From contig OZ024749.1 of the NCBI GenBank assembly GCA_964016885.1, forward strand, positions 36,332,001-36,396,000: a stretch of DNA of 64,000 nt, written 5' to 3'. Positions 14,005 to 29,552 of this stretch are shown here, piece by piece. This DNA comes from Eledone cirrhosa. Taxonomy: Eukaryota. Made by a program: the position numbers and the translations under genes. Below the pieces are notes generated by a model. It was not told the origin of the DNA. It saw only the letters and a program-made list of their open reading frames with translations, and made no database searches. Every line of letters starts with the position of its first letter. Position 1 is the stretch's first letter.

Positions 14005-15284
14005 GGGCTTCCTTATAGGTTTTGTCTACTAAATTTTACTCACAAGCATTGGTCAGCCCAAGGCTAGATTAGATGTTCAAGGTTTCATGCAGTGGGAGTG
14101 AACCTTATGTTTACCTATCTATATACCTATCTGTCTGTCTATCTGTCTATCTGCCTATCTAGCTACATATCAGTCTGTCTGTCTGTTTGTCCATCTATCT
14201 AGCTATCTATATGTTTATGTTTACCTATCTTTCTATCTACTTCTCTATCTCTCCCTCTCTCTATACATACATTTCCTCATGTTACAAACTTCTTGTTCAT
14301 CACCACCACCACCACCACCACCACCACCTGAGACTGTATGACACCACCATCACTACATTAGAGTTTGTACACCGTTACCACCACACCTGAGTCCTACCAT
14401 CATCACATGACCAATTTCTAACAAGTTACATGCTATATTAGACATTTCATCAAATCACTTCACTAAAACTTTCTTTACCTCTCCCTCTATCTCACCTCTA
14501 GCTCACCTTCTCTATCTTGCTCTCTTACTCTCTTACCCTCTCTCTCCCTTTCTACCCCTCTACCTCTATCTCTTCCTCTCTTTCACCCTATCTCTTCCCC
14601 CCTCTCTCTCTCTATCTTTCCTCCTCTCCCCCTCATCTTTGATCTATTTTCTCTAAGTCCTTTTCTTCCCTATTGAAAGAATGTTGCCTGGAATTGAACA
14701 GATACCTCACTTCCTCTGATTAAAGATAGGAACTTGGTGAGGTGCAAAGGTAGAGAGAGGATAGAATGGAATAGTGGTGGTGGTGGTGGTGGGTGGGTGG
14801 AGAGGATGGTAGTGGTGTAGTGGAATGGCAAAGAGAATGTGGTGTGGGTGAGGTGTGTGTGATAGGGAGTGAGGAGAGTGTGGTGTGGTGTGGTGTGAGC
14901 GGGGATGGAGAAGATAGAATAAGGTGTGGTTGGGAATAGGAGGAGGAAAGGTGTGGTGGTGAAGAGGGGGGGGGGGATTGGAGTAGGATGGAATAATGAA
15001 GAGAGAGGGGCGGGTGGAGGAGAGAAGAGAATTAATAAAACAAAAGGACTTGAAATTGAAAATAACTTATATTTAACAAATCTGATAGCACTTGTTATTG
15101 TTGCAATTTTTGTTGTTGTTGTTGTTGTTGTTGTTTCTCCTGGGGCTACAACCTTCATCACCTCCTCCTTCCTCTCACCCTTCTTCTGATCCTCCCCCCT
15201 CCCCCCACACTCCTACTACAAACCATCTTTTTACTAAATATAACTTTACTGAGAATAAAACATATTTTACACATACATACATAT

Positions 15285-15315
<31 letters not shown>

Positions 15316-16458
15316 CATATATATATATATGTGTGTATGTGTATATATATGCATATGTACATATATATGTGTGTGTATGTATGTGTGCATTTATATATAT
15401 ACATATATCTGAAAATGCATGCATATACATACACATATAAATAAAAAATTTCTAATTATATATTTAGTTGTTTACATTGCTGTTGTTGTTGTTGTTGCTG
15501 TTGTTGTTGTTGTTGTTGTTGTTGTTGCTGTTGATTGTTTCGTCAATCAGTCAGTGATCTGTAAACACAACAGCTAGTGGAATGATGCTGTTGTTGTTGT
15601 TGTTGTTGTTGTTGTATCTGTTATTACTATTGTTGTTATATATATATGTTATTAATGTTGTTGTGGATGTTGTTAGTTGTTGTACATGTTGTTGTTGTTG
15701 TTACTACTGTACATGTGGTTATTGCTGTTGTTGCTGACATTGATGTTACTGTTGTTGTTGTTACTCTTGTAGCTGTTATTGTTGTTGTTGTTACTCTTGT
15801 AGCTGTTATTGTTGTTGTTGTTGCTGTTGTTGTTACTGTTGTTATTATTAATGTTGTTGTTGTTACTATATAGCCCCAGGCCGTCCCTAATGGACAGAGC
15901 TACGATCAAAGCTATTCCTTCCATGCCCAACATGTTTTTTTAGAAGTCCCCAACATTACATTATCTACTGTATCTTTCCATTCTTTAAGGTGGAGGGTTT
16001 TTTTAGCTGCTATTTCTAGCAAGTTAACTGACTACATAGAAGCCCTCAGACCTCTCTTATGGATTTGTAGTTAATGATGATAATGATGACAGTGGTGATG
16101 GTGGTGATAGTGATGATAGTAATGGTGATAGTGATGGTGGTGTGGGGTGTGGGGTGGGGGTGGATGTAATGGTGTTGGTGATGATGGTGATAGTGATGAT
16201 AGTAATGGTGATGGTGGTGGTGGTAATGGTGATAGTGATGATGGTGGTAATGATAATAGTGGTAGTGATGATGGTGATGATGGTGATGATGATGATGATA
16301 ATGATGGTGGTGATGGTGATGATGATGATGGTGACATTGTTTTTTAAAAATATCTTTTGTACTCTAACTTTTGATCACCCCCTCTTCTCTCTCTCTATAG
16401 CTGCACAGTAGCACAACTCAGATGTATACCTCTCTCCCTCTCTCTCCCTCTCTCTCCC

Positions 16459-16500
<42 letters not shown>

Positions 16501-17125
16501 TCTTTCTCTCTCTCTCTCTTGTCCTTCGCTCTCTTTTTTTCCATTCTTCTCACTCTTCCTTTTCCTTTTTTCCTCTCTTTCTCCTCTCCTCACCCTCTTT
16601 CTCTCTCTCCACACACACCACTATCACTGTTATTACTAATACACCACCACCACCACCACACCACAACACCACCAACACACCTCAACTATACAACCAACAC
16701 CACTATTACACCTCAACTACTGCCACTACTACTACACCACTACTATACCACCACTACTACACCACCACTACTGCCACTATTACAACACCACTACCACACC
16801 ACCACTACCGCTACTACACCACCATTATACCACCACTACTATACCACCACTACTGCCACTATTACAACACCACTACCACAACACCACTACCTCTACTACA
16901 CCACCATTATACCATCCATGTGTGTATGAAGACAGACAAAGCCATGTATTTCGTAGTTCCACATGGGTGCACCTGCTACTGCAGTAATGTGCACTGATGC
17001 ACACACATGCATACATATATATATATATATATACAAACACATATATACATACATGCACACATACGCACTCTCTTACTCTCACATATAGTTACACCGTTAC
17101 TGCACTCTTGTAACTAACACTAACA

Positions 17126-17163
<38 letters not shown>

Positions 17164-17276
17164 AACTACTACTACTACTACCGGTACTACTACTACTACT
17201 ACTACTATTACTACTGTTGCTGCTACAACCGGTACTACTGTTGCCACTACTACTACTGCAACTACTACTACTGTTG

Positions 17277-17332
<56 letters not shown>

Positions 17333-17668
17333 GTTGCTGCTACAACCGGTACTACTGTTGCCACTACTACTACTGTTGCTGCTACAACTGGTAGGTACTA
17401 CTGTTGCCACTACTACTACTACTACTAGTAGTAGTATTACTACTGCAGCTACAACCAGTGCTACTAATACTACCCAAAAAACTTTTACTACTGCTACCAC
17501 CACCACCACCACCACAATTATTATTCGTAGAACCACTACTGTTGCTACCACCACCACTACTATCTACTATTGTTACTACTACTATCACCACTACTGCCAT
17601 CACTACTACCACTACAACTGTTACAACTACAATTGGTACTATTGTAACATTACTACCACTACCACCGG

Positions 17669-17699
<31 letters not shown>

Positions 17700-18058
17700 G
17701 CTACCCTAGTCTGTGTGCATGGGTACAACATTTGGAAGGTGCCGGGTACATCCTATTGTCTGGGTATGGTCAGTTTTTTCACTCTTTCTCCGTCTCTTCT
17801 TTCTTTCTTTCTTTATTTATCTATCTATCTATCTCTCTCTCTCTCCCTCCTTTCTATCTATCTCTATCTCTCTTCCTCCTTTCTATCTATCTCTATCTCT
17901 CTCCCTCCTTTCTATCTATCTCTATCTCTCTCCCTCCTTTCCATCTCTATCTCGCTCCCTCCTTTCCATCTCTATCTCTCTCCCTCCTTTCCATCTATCT
18001 AACTATCTATCTCCTTTCTCTATCCATCTATCTAACTATCTATCTCTTTTCTCTATCC

Positions 18059-18127
<69 letters not shown>

Positions 18128-18128
18128 C

Positions 18129-18159
<31 letters not shown>

Positions 18160-18360
18160 CCTATCTATCTATCTCCTTTCTCTATCTATCTATCTATCTC
18201 CTTTCTCTATCTATCTATCCATCCATCTATCCATTTATTTATTGTCATTCTTCAGGTTTTGACTTTTGGTTTCCGTAATTCTCTCTCTCTCTCATATAAA
18301 TGTAAATACATCTATCTATCTCTCTATATATACATATATATATGTATATATATATGTATG

Positions 18361-18392
<32 letters not shown>

Positions 18393-18427
18393 TACATACA
18401 TATATATATACATATATATATAATGTA

Positions 18428-18459
<32 letters not shown>

Positions 18460-18555
18460 CATATATATATATATACATATATATACATACATATATATAC
18501 ATATATACATATATATATAAATGAAAATAGAGAAATTAATGTGAGCAAGAAGCCA

Positions 18556-18607
<52 letters not shown>

Positions 18608-19394
18608 GCACATACACACACACATACATACACACATATATGTACACTGATTATTCTTTTTCTTATATTCCTCACACTTTCTCATAAATATGTGTATGTG
18701 TGTGATTGTGGATGGATGTGTGATTGTGGATGGATGTGTGATTGTGTATATGAATGTGTGTGGGTGTGTATGAATGTGTATGTGTGTGTATGTGTGTGTA
18801 AATGCTTGAACATAAACAATATCTACATAAACATCATACTTATATATACACACACACACTCACATGCTTATTCTCTCTCTCTCTCTACACCTCTTCCCTC
18901 CCCCCTCTCTCTCTACCCTGTTTACATCTTGTCCTGCTGCTAATTAATGTATCATTAATTAAAATATTAATTCATCCCACCTAAGACCCTAATGCTTGTC
19001 CACCTACACACACAGTCCCTCACCCTGCAAAGCTCCCCCCACACACAATACCCCACCCTACAAATATCCACCCCTCCCCTCACACACAGTACTCCACCCT
19101 ACAAATCTCCACCCCTCCCCCCACACACACTATAGCTAACCCTACAAATTTCAACCCCTCCCCATACACTGTACCTAACCCTGTAAATCCCACCCCTGCA
19201 AATCTCAATATAAATCCTGACATACCCCCCCCCCCACACAGTACCTCACCCTGTAAATCTCAACACTCCCTCCCCTCTACCTTATTGTCACACATGGTAA
19301 TATTTTTACATCAGTGATTTTTGTACTTTTAGTTGACATGTTAATAAATATTTCTCTCTTCCTATATGTAAGAATGGTTACACCAGAATTGTTA

Positions 19395-20460
19395 GGTGTT
19401 GTGTGGTGTGACTGGTGTTGTGTGGTGGTGTGGTGGTGTGACTGGTCTGTTGTGGTGTTGTGTGGAGGTGTGGTGTTGTGTGGTGGTGTGACTGGTCTCT
19501 TGTAGTGTTGTGTGTTGTTGTGACTGGTGTTGTGTGGTGGTGTGACTGGTCTGTTGTGGTGATGTGTGGTGTTGTGACTGGTGTTGTGGTGTTGTGTGAT
19601 TTTGTAACTGGTGTTGTGTGGTTGTGTGTGATGCTGTGGTGTTGTGTGGTGTTGTGACTGGTGTGTTATGCTATGGTGTTGTGACTGGTCTGTTGTGGTG
19701 TTGTGTAGTGTTGTGATTGGTCTGTTGTGGTGTTGTGACTGGTCTGTTGTGGTGTTGTGTGGTGGTGTGCTGTGGCGACTGGTCTGTTGTGTAGTGTGTG
19801 GTGATGTGGTGTGCTATGGCGACTGGTCTGTTGTGTAGTGTGTGGTGGGGTGGTGTGGTGAGACTGGTCTATTGTGGTGTTGTGTGGTGGTGTGGCTGGT
19901 CTCTTGTGGTGTTGTGTGTTGTTGTGACTGGTTTGTTGTGGTGTTGTGATTGGTCTGTTGTGGTGTTGTGATTGGTCTGTTGTGGTGTTGTGACTGGTCT
20001 GTTGTGTAGTGTGTGTGGTGGTGTGGTGTGGTGTGGTGACTCGTCTGTTGTGTAATGTGTGTGGTGGTGTGTGTTGTGGTGACTGGTCTGTTGTGTAGTG
20101 TGTGGTGGTGTGGTGTGCTGTGTAGTGTGTGGTGGTGTGGTATGGCGACTGGTCTGTTGTGTAGTGTGTGTGGTGGTGTGGTGTGGTGACTGGTCTGTTG
20201 TGTAGTGTGTGTGGTGGTGTGTGTTGTGGTGACTGGTCTGTTGTGTAGTGTGTGGTGGTGTGGTGTGCTGTGTAGTGTGTGGTGGTGTGGTGTGGTGACT
20301 GGTCTGTTGTGTAGTGTGTGGTGGTGTGGTGTGCTGTGGCGACTGGTCTGTTGTGTAGTGTGTGGTGGTGTGGTGTGCTGTGGCGACTGGTCTGTTGTGT
20401 AGTGTGTAGTGGTGTGGTGTGTTGTGTTGACTGGTGTGGTGCTGTGTGGTGTGGTGCTGT
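19395..20460. repeat. GT-rich minisatellite
   Basis: Recurrent gtgactggtctgttgtg core. Confidence 0.85.
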
Positions 20461-21099
20461 GTTGTGAGATGGTCATCTCGTCTATTATGCTGTTGTCTTG
20501 TAATGGTGTGGTGTGCTCTGTTGAGGTCATCATCTCATCTATTGATATGATATCTTGCAATGGTGTGTTGTGGCGTGTCTTGGTCTGTTATACTGTGAAG
20601 TGATTGTGTGGTCAGTTGCGTTGTGTTTTCATATGTGTGTAATGTTGTGGTGTGGTGTTGTGTTGTCAGATGTGTATTGTTGTGTCAGAGGTGTGTTGTG
20701 TTGGCAGCGGTATATAGTGTTAAGGCCCTGTTGTGTTGTCAGATGTGTTTTGTGTTATCAGAGATGTGTTGCGTTTGCCTCTGACCCTGAATGCTTCATT
20801 TACGTACTCACAGAGTATATTTTTTGTAGAGTCATCTTTGTCAATTAAAAACATATGCACTTATAGTTGGGTCATCCACTTTAACTGAGGGAGGAGGGAA
20901 AGCACCTCCTTCCTTTCTCCTTCTCTTCCAAGAAAGTGAGGTCACCTTGATGTAAGAGGTCAGAGTAACAACAACAAACTGACATCAACAGCTCTGATAC
21001 AGAATCAGCAACAATAACAACAGTATTAAAAACTCAGCCGTAACAACAGTGATAACAACTGCCAAAATACATAACGTCAGACAACATTTAGATATATAA

Positions 21100-21280
21100 C
21101 CCATGCTAGCATGGAAAATGGATGTTAAATGATGATGATAAGGACATTTATATCATCATCGTTTAACGTCCATTTTCCATGCTAGCATGTGTTAGACTGG
21201 TTGTCCTATTAGAGGCAAGTCAGGTCAGGTGACCATGTCTTGCTCATATAGAACTGTTTCTGGCTAGGTTTGTACAGCAT
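21100..21280. mobile_element. Two RTE 3' ends arranged tail-to-tail
   Basis: ccatgctagcatggaaaatggatgttaaatgatgatgat is followed by its reverse complement tcatcatcgtttaacgtccattttccatgctagcatg. Confidence 0.75.
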
Positions 21281-21306
21281 ATATGTGTGTGTGTATGTAT
21301 ATATAT

Positions 21307-21354
<48 letters not shown>

Positions 21355-22069
21355 TGATTTTTAATGCGATGAAATACCAATGATGGTTGGCAAATCACTG
21401 ACGAGGGACTAATTTTATAATATGTAACCCATGTGCAACCACGCAGTATTCCTCTTTCTTCTCATGTTTTTTATTATATATATATATATATATACACATG
21501 TAAATGTATAGGTCAGAAATAGTTTTTTTTTTTTTTTCTTTTTGGGGTTTCCCTACTTAGAGAGACTGGTGTCTTCTCCCTGTAGAACATTTATCTCACT
21601 TCTATTGAACACTGATTTATAGCTTCAACCCTTCACCCCCCCCCCCCCTCTATATCTACCTCCCTACCCACTCCTTCCCTCTGTGGTCTGTAGTGTTTTA
21701 ATACCATAACAACAAGAACAGCTGTAGCAATAACCAGCTCATATCATCATGTGTATGAGCGGAAGGTTGGTTTTAGGAAGGGTATCAAGACCAAGCCAAG
21801 ATTGGAATATGAAAGTCAGCCATGCTCCCTCAACTTGTCTCAGAGGTCAAAGGCTCTAAGTTGAATTGGACTATATCGACCCTGCCGACCCATGCCAAGA
21901 TGGAAAGTGGACATAGAATAATGTGTATGTATATAAATATACATGTGTGTGTGTATATATTTGTATATATCGAGACAAAGTGACATAGTCACTACTTTAA
22001 AACTCATAGCGAATGGTCTTCAAAATGTTTTTAAATAAACATACAGTATATATGTGATACAGTATATAG

Positions 22070-22490
22070 GTGATAAAAGCCGACCTTACCCAATTACACC
22101 TCTCAAAGGCGATGACACATGACCGTGACCTCTGGCGTCACGCAGTAATACAGAGTACCCGACCTCCCATGGGTACAAGCTGAAGCATATAGACAAAATT
22201 CCCCCCACACCCTCCCACTGCAAGGTGGTTGTGGAGGTGCCACGGCAAAAAAGCACCCAGCCCACACTGCAAAGTGGTCATGTAGGCGCCACGGAAAAAG
22301 CACCCAGCACTCACTGCAAATGAGGTTGGTGTTAGGAAGGGCATCTAGCTGTAGAAATCAAGCCAAAATCAGTTCCTGTATGAGCAAGGCATGGTCAGCC
22401 GACCAGACACTGCCCACAACAGGACAACCCGTCTAACCCATGCTAGCATGGAAGAATGGACGTAAAATGGTGATGATGATGATGATGATA
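22070..22490 (+). mobile_element. Short 5'-truncated RTE LINE copy of a second subfamily
   Basis: 22070-22183 reads VIKADLTQLHLSKAMTHDRDLWRHAVIQSTRPPMGTS*, homologous to LINSDLTHLHLTKTMSLDRDLWRYSVIEKTR in the 52-53 kb copy. Followed by 3'UTR and (GAT)n. Confidence 0.85.
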
Positions 22491-22673
22491 TACCATACAT
22501 ACTATATATACATACTGTAATATACTATACATACTTTCATATATATATGTTTGTGTGAGTATATATATTTTATTTTTCTAAATATTTCTCACCAACGGAG
22601 AGAGAGTGAGAGAGATGGTTTCTAACAAAGAAACAAAACTAGTTCAATGGAATTTAAACATCAACTAGGTAAT

Positions 22674-22719
<46 letters not shown>

Positions 22720-22723
<4 letters not shown>

Positions 22724-22920
22724 AACGAGTAGGACCCCGACGGCTGAGCTCAAGCCGTTTCGACGGCTAATTCTGGACTAAAGCTCCAGAATTAGCCGTT
22801 GAAACAGCTTGAGCTCAGCCGTCGGGGTCCTACTCGTTCCTATTACCCACTCTACTACCCTAAGTATTGAGTACTTTGGTGCGTTATGGTCCACCCGGTT
22901 CCTTACCACATTTCCTTTGT
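22720..22920 (+). mobile_element. Short fold-back element
   Basis: Arms 22720-22777 and 22785-22842, ~78-bp tail, (TA)n flanks. Confidence 0.82.
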
Positions 22921-24409
22921 TATATATATATATATACATGTATGTTTGTATATATGCATGTATGAATGTGTATTTGTGTATTTGTGTATTTGTGTGTGTG
23001 TATTATATACAGACACATGCATATATATATATATATGCACACGTATATATAGTTATATGTATATATTTGTGTATGTATGCATTTTTGTTTAATTAAAATG
23101 TCATACAAGGAAAGTTTATCTAATTCTACAACAACAAAAATGTATGTATGCAAGAGGTGAAAAGAAGGGAGAGTGGCGGGTGTATAATATATTTTAACAT
23201 CTTTTCCTTGGTGCCCCAATTGTATTACTGGGTTTATAATTACTTTTCCCAGTCATGTGATATTTGCAATAAGCGACTAATTAACATGAATTCAATTTGA
23301 GAATCTAAAAACCTTTTTCGTTTGTCGATTTTCTTCTCAATTATTGCATTCTTGTGCTGTCATTGGTTTTTAGACGATGGATTCCAGATCGCTCACTGGA
23401 ATTGGTCTGTTTCTGTTCTGTTTCTCTAAATATCTTTTATTTCAAATCAATAAAAATTCAATATTGTCAGGTGTTTTCATTCATTTACACATTACACACA
23501 TACATAACATCCATTCCTGCTCTCATACACACACACATACGCATACATGCATGCATCCATATATGCATACATGCATATATGTATATGTATGTATTCATAT
23601 ATGCATACATGCATATATATATATGTATATGTATGTATTCATATATGCATACATGCATATGTATATGTATGTATGTGTGTGTGTGTATATATATATATAT
23701 ATAGATATATATATACTTACATACGCAAACCCTTAAAGACAAACATAGGTAATTGATGTCTAAATTCCAATGAAAGAGGCTTGTTTCTGTTAGAAACTGC
23801 TGTCTGTCTGTCTCTCTCTCTCGCCCCTCTCTCCCCCCTCTCTCTCTCTCGCCCCCCCCCTCTCTCTCTCGCCCCCCTCTCTTTCTCTCTGTGGAAATTC
23901 ATAAATAATAAAACCAGAAGATAGATATATAGTCATTCAGACATAGAGGAATTCAAGCACACATACATACACATAAATATATACATTCATATAGATATAT
24001 ATACACACACACACACACACATGTAACATACATACAAACACATGTATATATATACACATATATACCAAGAAAATTCTTAATGAAACAATTGATACCAATC
24101 AAATGTCCATTTTGAACATCTATATCTTCCTCTCCATCGGGGTTTATGGTCCTATATTACAAATGTTCTCTCCCTCACACATACACATACACACACATAC
24201 ACACACATACACATACACACGCATATAGGTGTGTGTTTGGTTTTTGTTTTTCCTCTCTATCTAACTTTCCTTTCATCTATGAGTAATGCAATCAAGTATT
24301 TGCACCTGACTTTTTAGCATGTGATACCTGGTGTAGAATTTTCTATACTGCCATATTTATATATATATATATATATATACACACGCAAACACACACACAC
24401 ATATATATA

Positions 24410-24827
24410 TCATCATCATCATCATTTTTACGTCCGCTTTTCCCTGCTTGCAAGGGTGGGACGGTAACTGATTCTGGCTTGATTTCTACAGCTGGACGCC
24501 CTTCCTTACAGTGAGTGCTGGGTGCTGTTTTGCCGTGGCACCTCCACGACCACTTTACAGTGAGTGCTGGGTGCTTTTTTGCTGTGGCACCTACACGACC
24601 ACTTTGCAGTGGAATATGGACCCCAGTCCTATCATCTCATTTCTACAGCTGGATGCCCTTCCTAACACCAACCTCATTTACAGTGAGTGCTGGGTGCTTT
24701 TTTGCCGTGGCACCTCCACGACCACTTTGCAGTGGAATGATAGGGACCCAAGTCCCTATCGTCTCGTTTCTACAGCTGAGTAAACTGGAGCAATGTGAAA
24801 TAAAGTGTCTTGATCAAGGAAACAACA
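24410..24827 (-). mobile_element. 5'-truncated SINE family A with internal duplications
   Basis: Lacks the tRNA head. The tail unit gtgagtgctgggtgct...ccacgaccacttt occurs three times. Confidence 0.85.
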
Positions 24828-24836
24828 GAATCACAT

Positions 24837-24874
<38 letters not shown>

Positions 24875-25452
24875 ATGGAATTCTGTGTAGTATTTTTCAA
24901 GTTTAAAATTTTATGAATTCTGCTTGTTTCATATCTGAAGAAGAGCGAAGAAAGGATGATGAAGTTAAGAACTGAAGTTTTTTGGGTTTTTTTTTACTGA
25001 AAAACGGCAGATAAATCTCTGTGTTTCATGTCAGGAAAGATAGGAGGGAGGGGTTGAAGTTTATTATTATCATATTTATCATGGGGGGTGGGGGTGGTTG
25101 GAGACGTATAATTTCAACCCTACCTCTGTATCTTTCTCTCCTCTCTTTTAAAACTATATTTTCCTCCACCAATAAAATATGTTATTATATAACTTGAAAT
25201 ATTTCATTGAATTATGTGGAGGTTTTTCAATATAAAACATCATTTCTCAACAGGAAGCTATTAGCACACACACACACACACACACACATTGCTCCTGCTG
25301 TATGTATATATCTGGGCATATATTGTGTATGTGTATATGGGTGTCTGTCTGTCTGTATATATTATAATGTTTGTGTGCCTATGTGTCTGTCTGCCAGTCT
25401 GTATATATTAGTGTTTGTATCTATGTGTATATTTTGTTTTCTCTGAGTAGTG

Positions 25453-25488
<36 letters not shown>

Positions 25489-25524
25489 CGCGAGGGATGT
25501 GTATTGTATCTGTGCCTGCCTGCC

Positions 25525-25564
<40 letters not shown>

Positions 25565-25629
25565 CACGTATATCTGTGTGTGCGAGGGTGTATTGTATCT
25601 GTGGCTCTGTATGTATGTATATATATATA

Positions 25630-25680
<51 letters not shown>

Positions 25681-26370
25681 GTGTGTGTATGTGTGCCTGA
25701 ATATATATTTGTGTGTATATATATATATACATGTGTGTGTGTGTATATGTGCCTGAATATATATTTGTGTGTATATATATTTGTGTGTGTGTGTATATAT
25801 ATTTGTGTGAATATATATTTGTGTGTATAAATGTTTGTATCCGTGTGTATATACATGTGTGTGTGTTTATTTGTGTGAATATATATTTGTGTGTATAAAT
25901 GTTTGTATGCGTGTGTATATACATGTGTGTGTGTTTATTTGTGTGAATATATATTTGTGTGTATAAATGTTTGTATGCGTGTGTATATACATGTGTGTGT
26001 GTTTATTTGTGTGAATATATATTTGTGTGTATAAATGTTTGTATGCGTGTGTATATACATGTGTGTGTGTTTATTTGTGTGAATATATATTTGTGTGTAT
26101 AAATGTTTGTATGCGTGTGTGTATATACATGTGTGTGTGTGTGTGTTTGTTTGTTTGTGTGCATATGTGTGTGTGTGTGTGTGTATGCATGTATATGCTT
26201 GAATCTCCACTTGTGTGTGTTGTGGATCTAAATGTTATATGTATTCTACAATCCCTCTCACACACGTAACCCATCGTTAGTGCGGAGCTGTATATATTCT
26301 TTGAAATGGAAAATCATTGTTAGGACATGCTGGAAAAAATTGTAATATTTCTTTGATCTTCTGTATTTTG

Positions 26371-26427
<57 letters not shown>

Positions 26428-26558
26428 ATATATATTATTTATACACACACACACTCACACACACATGTATCTGTATATCTATGTGTATATATATATATAT
26501 GTGTGTGTGTGGGGGGGGGGGGGTATATATGTAGATACATATTAGTACATACAGACAT

Positions 26559-26614
<56 letters not shown>

Positions 26615-26622
26615 ATATGTAT

Positions 26623-26695
<73 letters not shown>

Positions 26696-26715
26696 CACAT
26701 ATATATATATATATG

Positions 26716-26746
<31 letters not shown>

Positions 26747-26882
26747 ATATATATGTAGATACATATTAGAACATACATACACACACATATATATATATAT
26801 ATATATGTATATCTATGTTACCTACATAGAGCACTCTTTTTTCCTGGTCTTTTCCGACGGAATTACTTCATTTATATCTATG

Positions 26883-26936
<54 letters not shown>

Positions 26937-27271
26937 CATATTAGTACATACATACACACATGCCTGCATGATTACTCACACATGCACAAGATACACACAT
27001 GATCACATATACATATATATACACACACACATATACATATATATACACACACACATACACAAATCCACGCAATGCATGTGTGTATATATTAGCCACCAGC
27101 CACTCCACCATTAAACCATGTAGCATCACTGCCACATGTTCTGTTAAATGCTTACATACAGTACATGTGTTTAATAATGTTTCCACTTAGTTTCTGGGGA
27201 GAGGGGGGGAACAAAAATGGTTTATTTTGATATATTTCTATTTCTGAATGACAGTAAGATTGTTTCATGAG

Positions 27272-27740
27272 ATACCTGGGTATATGACATGTCTACCTGG
27301 GTATATGACATGTCTACCTGGGTACATGACATGTCTACCTGGGTACATGACATGTCTACATGGGTACATATGTCTACCTGGGTACATGACATGTCTACCT
27401 GGGTACATGACATGTCTACATGGGTACATATGTCTACCTGGGTATATGACATGTCTACCTGGGTACATGACATGTCTACATGGGTACATATGTCTACCTG
27501 GGTATATGACATGTCTACCTGGGTACATATGTCTACCTGGGTACATGACATGTCTACCTGGGTACATATGTCTACCTGAGTATATGACATGTCTACCTGG
27601 GTACATGCCATGTCTACCTGGGTACATGCCATGTCTACCTGGGTACATGCCATGTCTACCTGGGTACATGCCATGTCTACGTGGGTACATGCCATGTCTA
27701 CCTGGGTACATGTCATGTCTACCTGGGTACATGCCACATC
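27272..27740. repeat. 21/18-bp minisatellite
   Basis: gacatgtctacctgggtacat units and an 18-bp variant. Confidence 0.92.
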
Positions 27741-29044
27741 TACCAGGCTACAAGACTTGTCTACCAGGCTACAAGACACACATACCTGGGCATATGACAC
27801 ACGTACCTGAGCATAGAGTACACACACCAGGCTGTATCTTACGGCGGTATTGGGTGTGTATGTATAAAGCAATGTTTAAACTTTAATTCACCATTAAAAG
27901 GCTGCATTACTTATGAAACACTTTATATACACACAGGTGTATCTATGTAAGTACATATGTGTGTATATGTGTGTGTATACACACACACACACACACGCGC
28001 ACACACATCTGTGTGTAGATACAAGGTGTTCCATAAGTAATGCAACATTTCAATCTTGAATTAAAGTTAAAATGCTGTTATGTATGTGTGTATGTGTGTG
28101 TGTGTGTCTGTGTGTGTGTGTGTGTGTATTTGTGTGTTGCTTCAGAATACACTAACACGTGTCTACATACACTTTCACTCGAGCATTCATAGACACTTCG
28201 ATACCTGCTCAGCTGACTGAAGAGAGGTGGGAGGTGTTGTATTGACATATTTGTGTTAATTGTCAGCTGATGTCTCCTCCTGCCCCTTCCTCACCTCTCT
28301 ACCACTGCCACCTTCACTTCACTACAACCACTGGATCCACCACCACCACCACCACCACCACTACAACAACTGGATTCACCACCACCACCACCACCACTAC
28401 AACCACTGGATCCACCACCACCACCACCACCAGCACTACAACCACTCGATCCACCACTACAACCACTGGATCCACCACAACCACTGGATCCACCATCACA
28501 ACCACTGGATCCACCCCCACCCCCACCACTACAACAACTGGATCCATCACCACCATCACCATCACCATATCACTTTAACCACCACCACCTGGATCTGCCA
28601 CCACCATTAAATTTCTTACTAAATTACTATGCCATCAAAAACTCTACTACCACCAACACCAAAGCGACTCTCTGTACTACCCTACCAACCAACACACCCC
28701 CACTGTACCACACCGTACCACACTACCATTACTATTACCACCACTTTCTGCATTATGCTACGAACTATCACAACCACTACTGATGACAACTACAACATAA
28801 CCACAACCACCAACATCATCACCATTAACCCCCAACACCATACTACTACCACTATCACCAACACCTTACAACCAACATTACCACCAACTACACCTTTAGC
28901 ATCAACACCTTTAGCACCACCACCATCACCAGCACTTTACCACCACTACTACCACCAGCACCACCATTATCTTCACCAACCAACACCTTAATTTCTTAAT
29001 ACAATTACTTTAAACACTCTTGTAAATTACATTCCATGTTTGAA

Positions 29045-29552
29045 CACTACTATACCACTACACTACCATACCACTACACTACCATACCACTACACTACCA
29101 TACCACTACACTACCATACCACTACACTACCATACCACTACACTACTATACCACTACACTACCATACCACTACACTACTATACCATTACACTACCATACC
29201 ACTACACTACCATACCACTACACTACCATACCACTACACTACCATACCACACCACTACACTACCATACCACTACACTACCATACCACTACACTACCATAC
29301 CACTACACTACTATACCACTACACTACCATACCACTACACTACCATACCACTACACTACCATACCACTACACTACTATACCACTACACTACCATACCACT
29401 ACACTACTATACCACTACACTACCATACCACTACACTACCATACCACTACACTACCATACCACACCACTACCATACCATACCACTACACTACCATACCAC
29501 TACACTACCATACCACTACACTACCATACCACTACACTACCATACCACTACA
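29045..29552. repeat. 16-bp minisatellite
   Basis: cactaccataccacta repeated. Confidence 0.92.

Noticed and set aside
23377-23470. ATG-initiated MDSRSLTGIGLFLFCFSKY... as an alternative first exon of Dlg
   Set aside because: The nearest donor (CAG/GTGTTT) is weak and phase 1, incompatible with the phase 0 exon at 47242.
27222-27886. Long repetitive ORFs (TCLPGYM / CTQVDM repeats)
   Set aside because: The 21/18-bp units are multiples of three and nearly stop-free on both strands. No splice or homology support.
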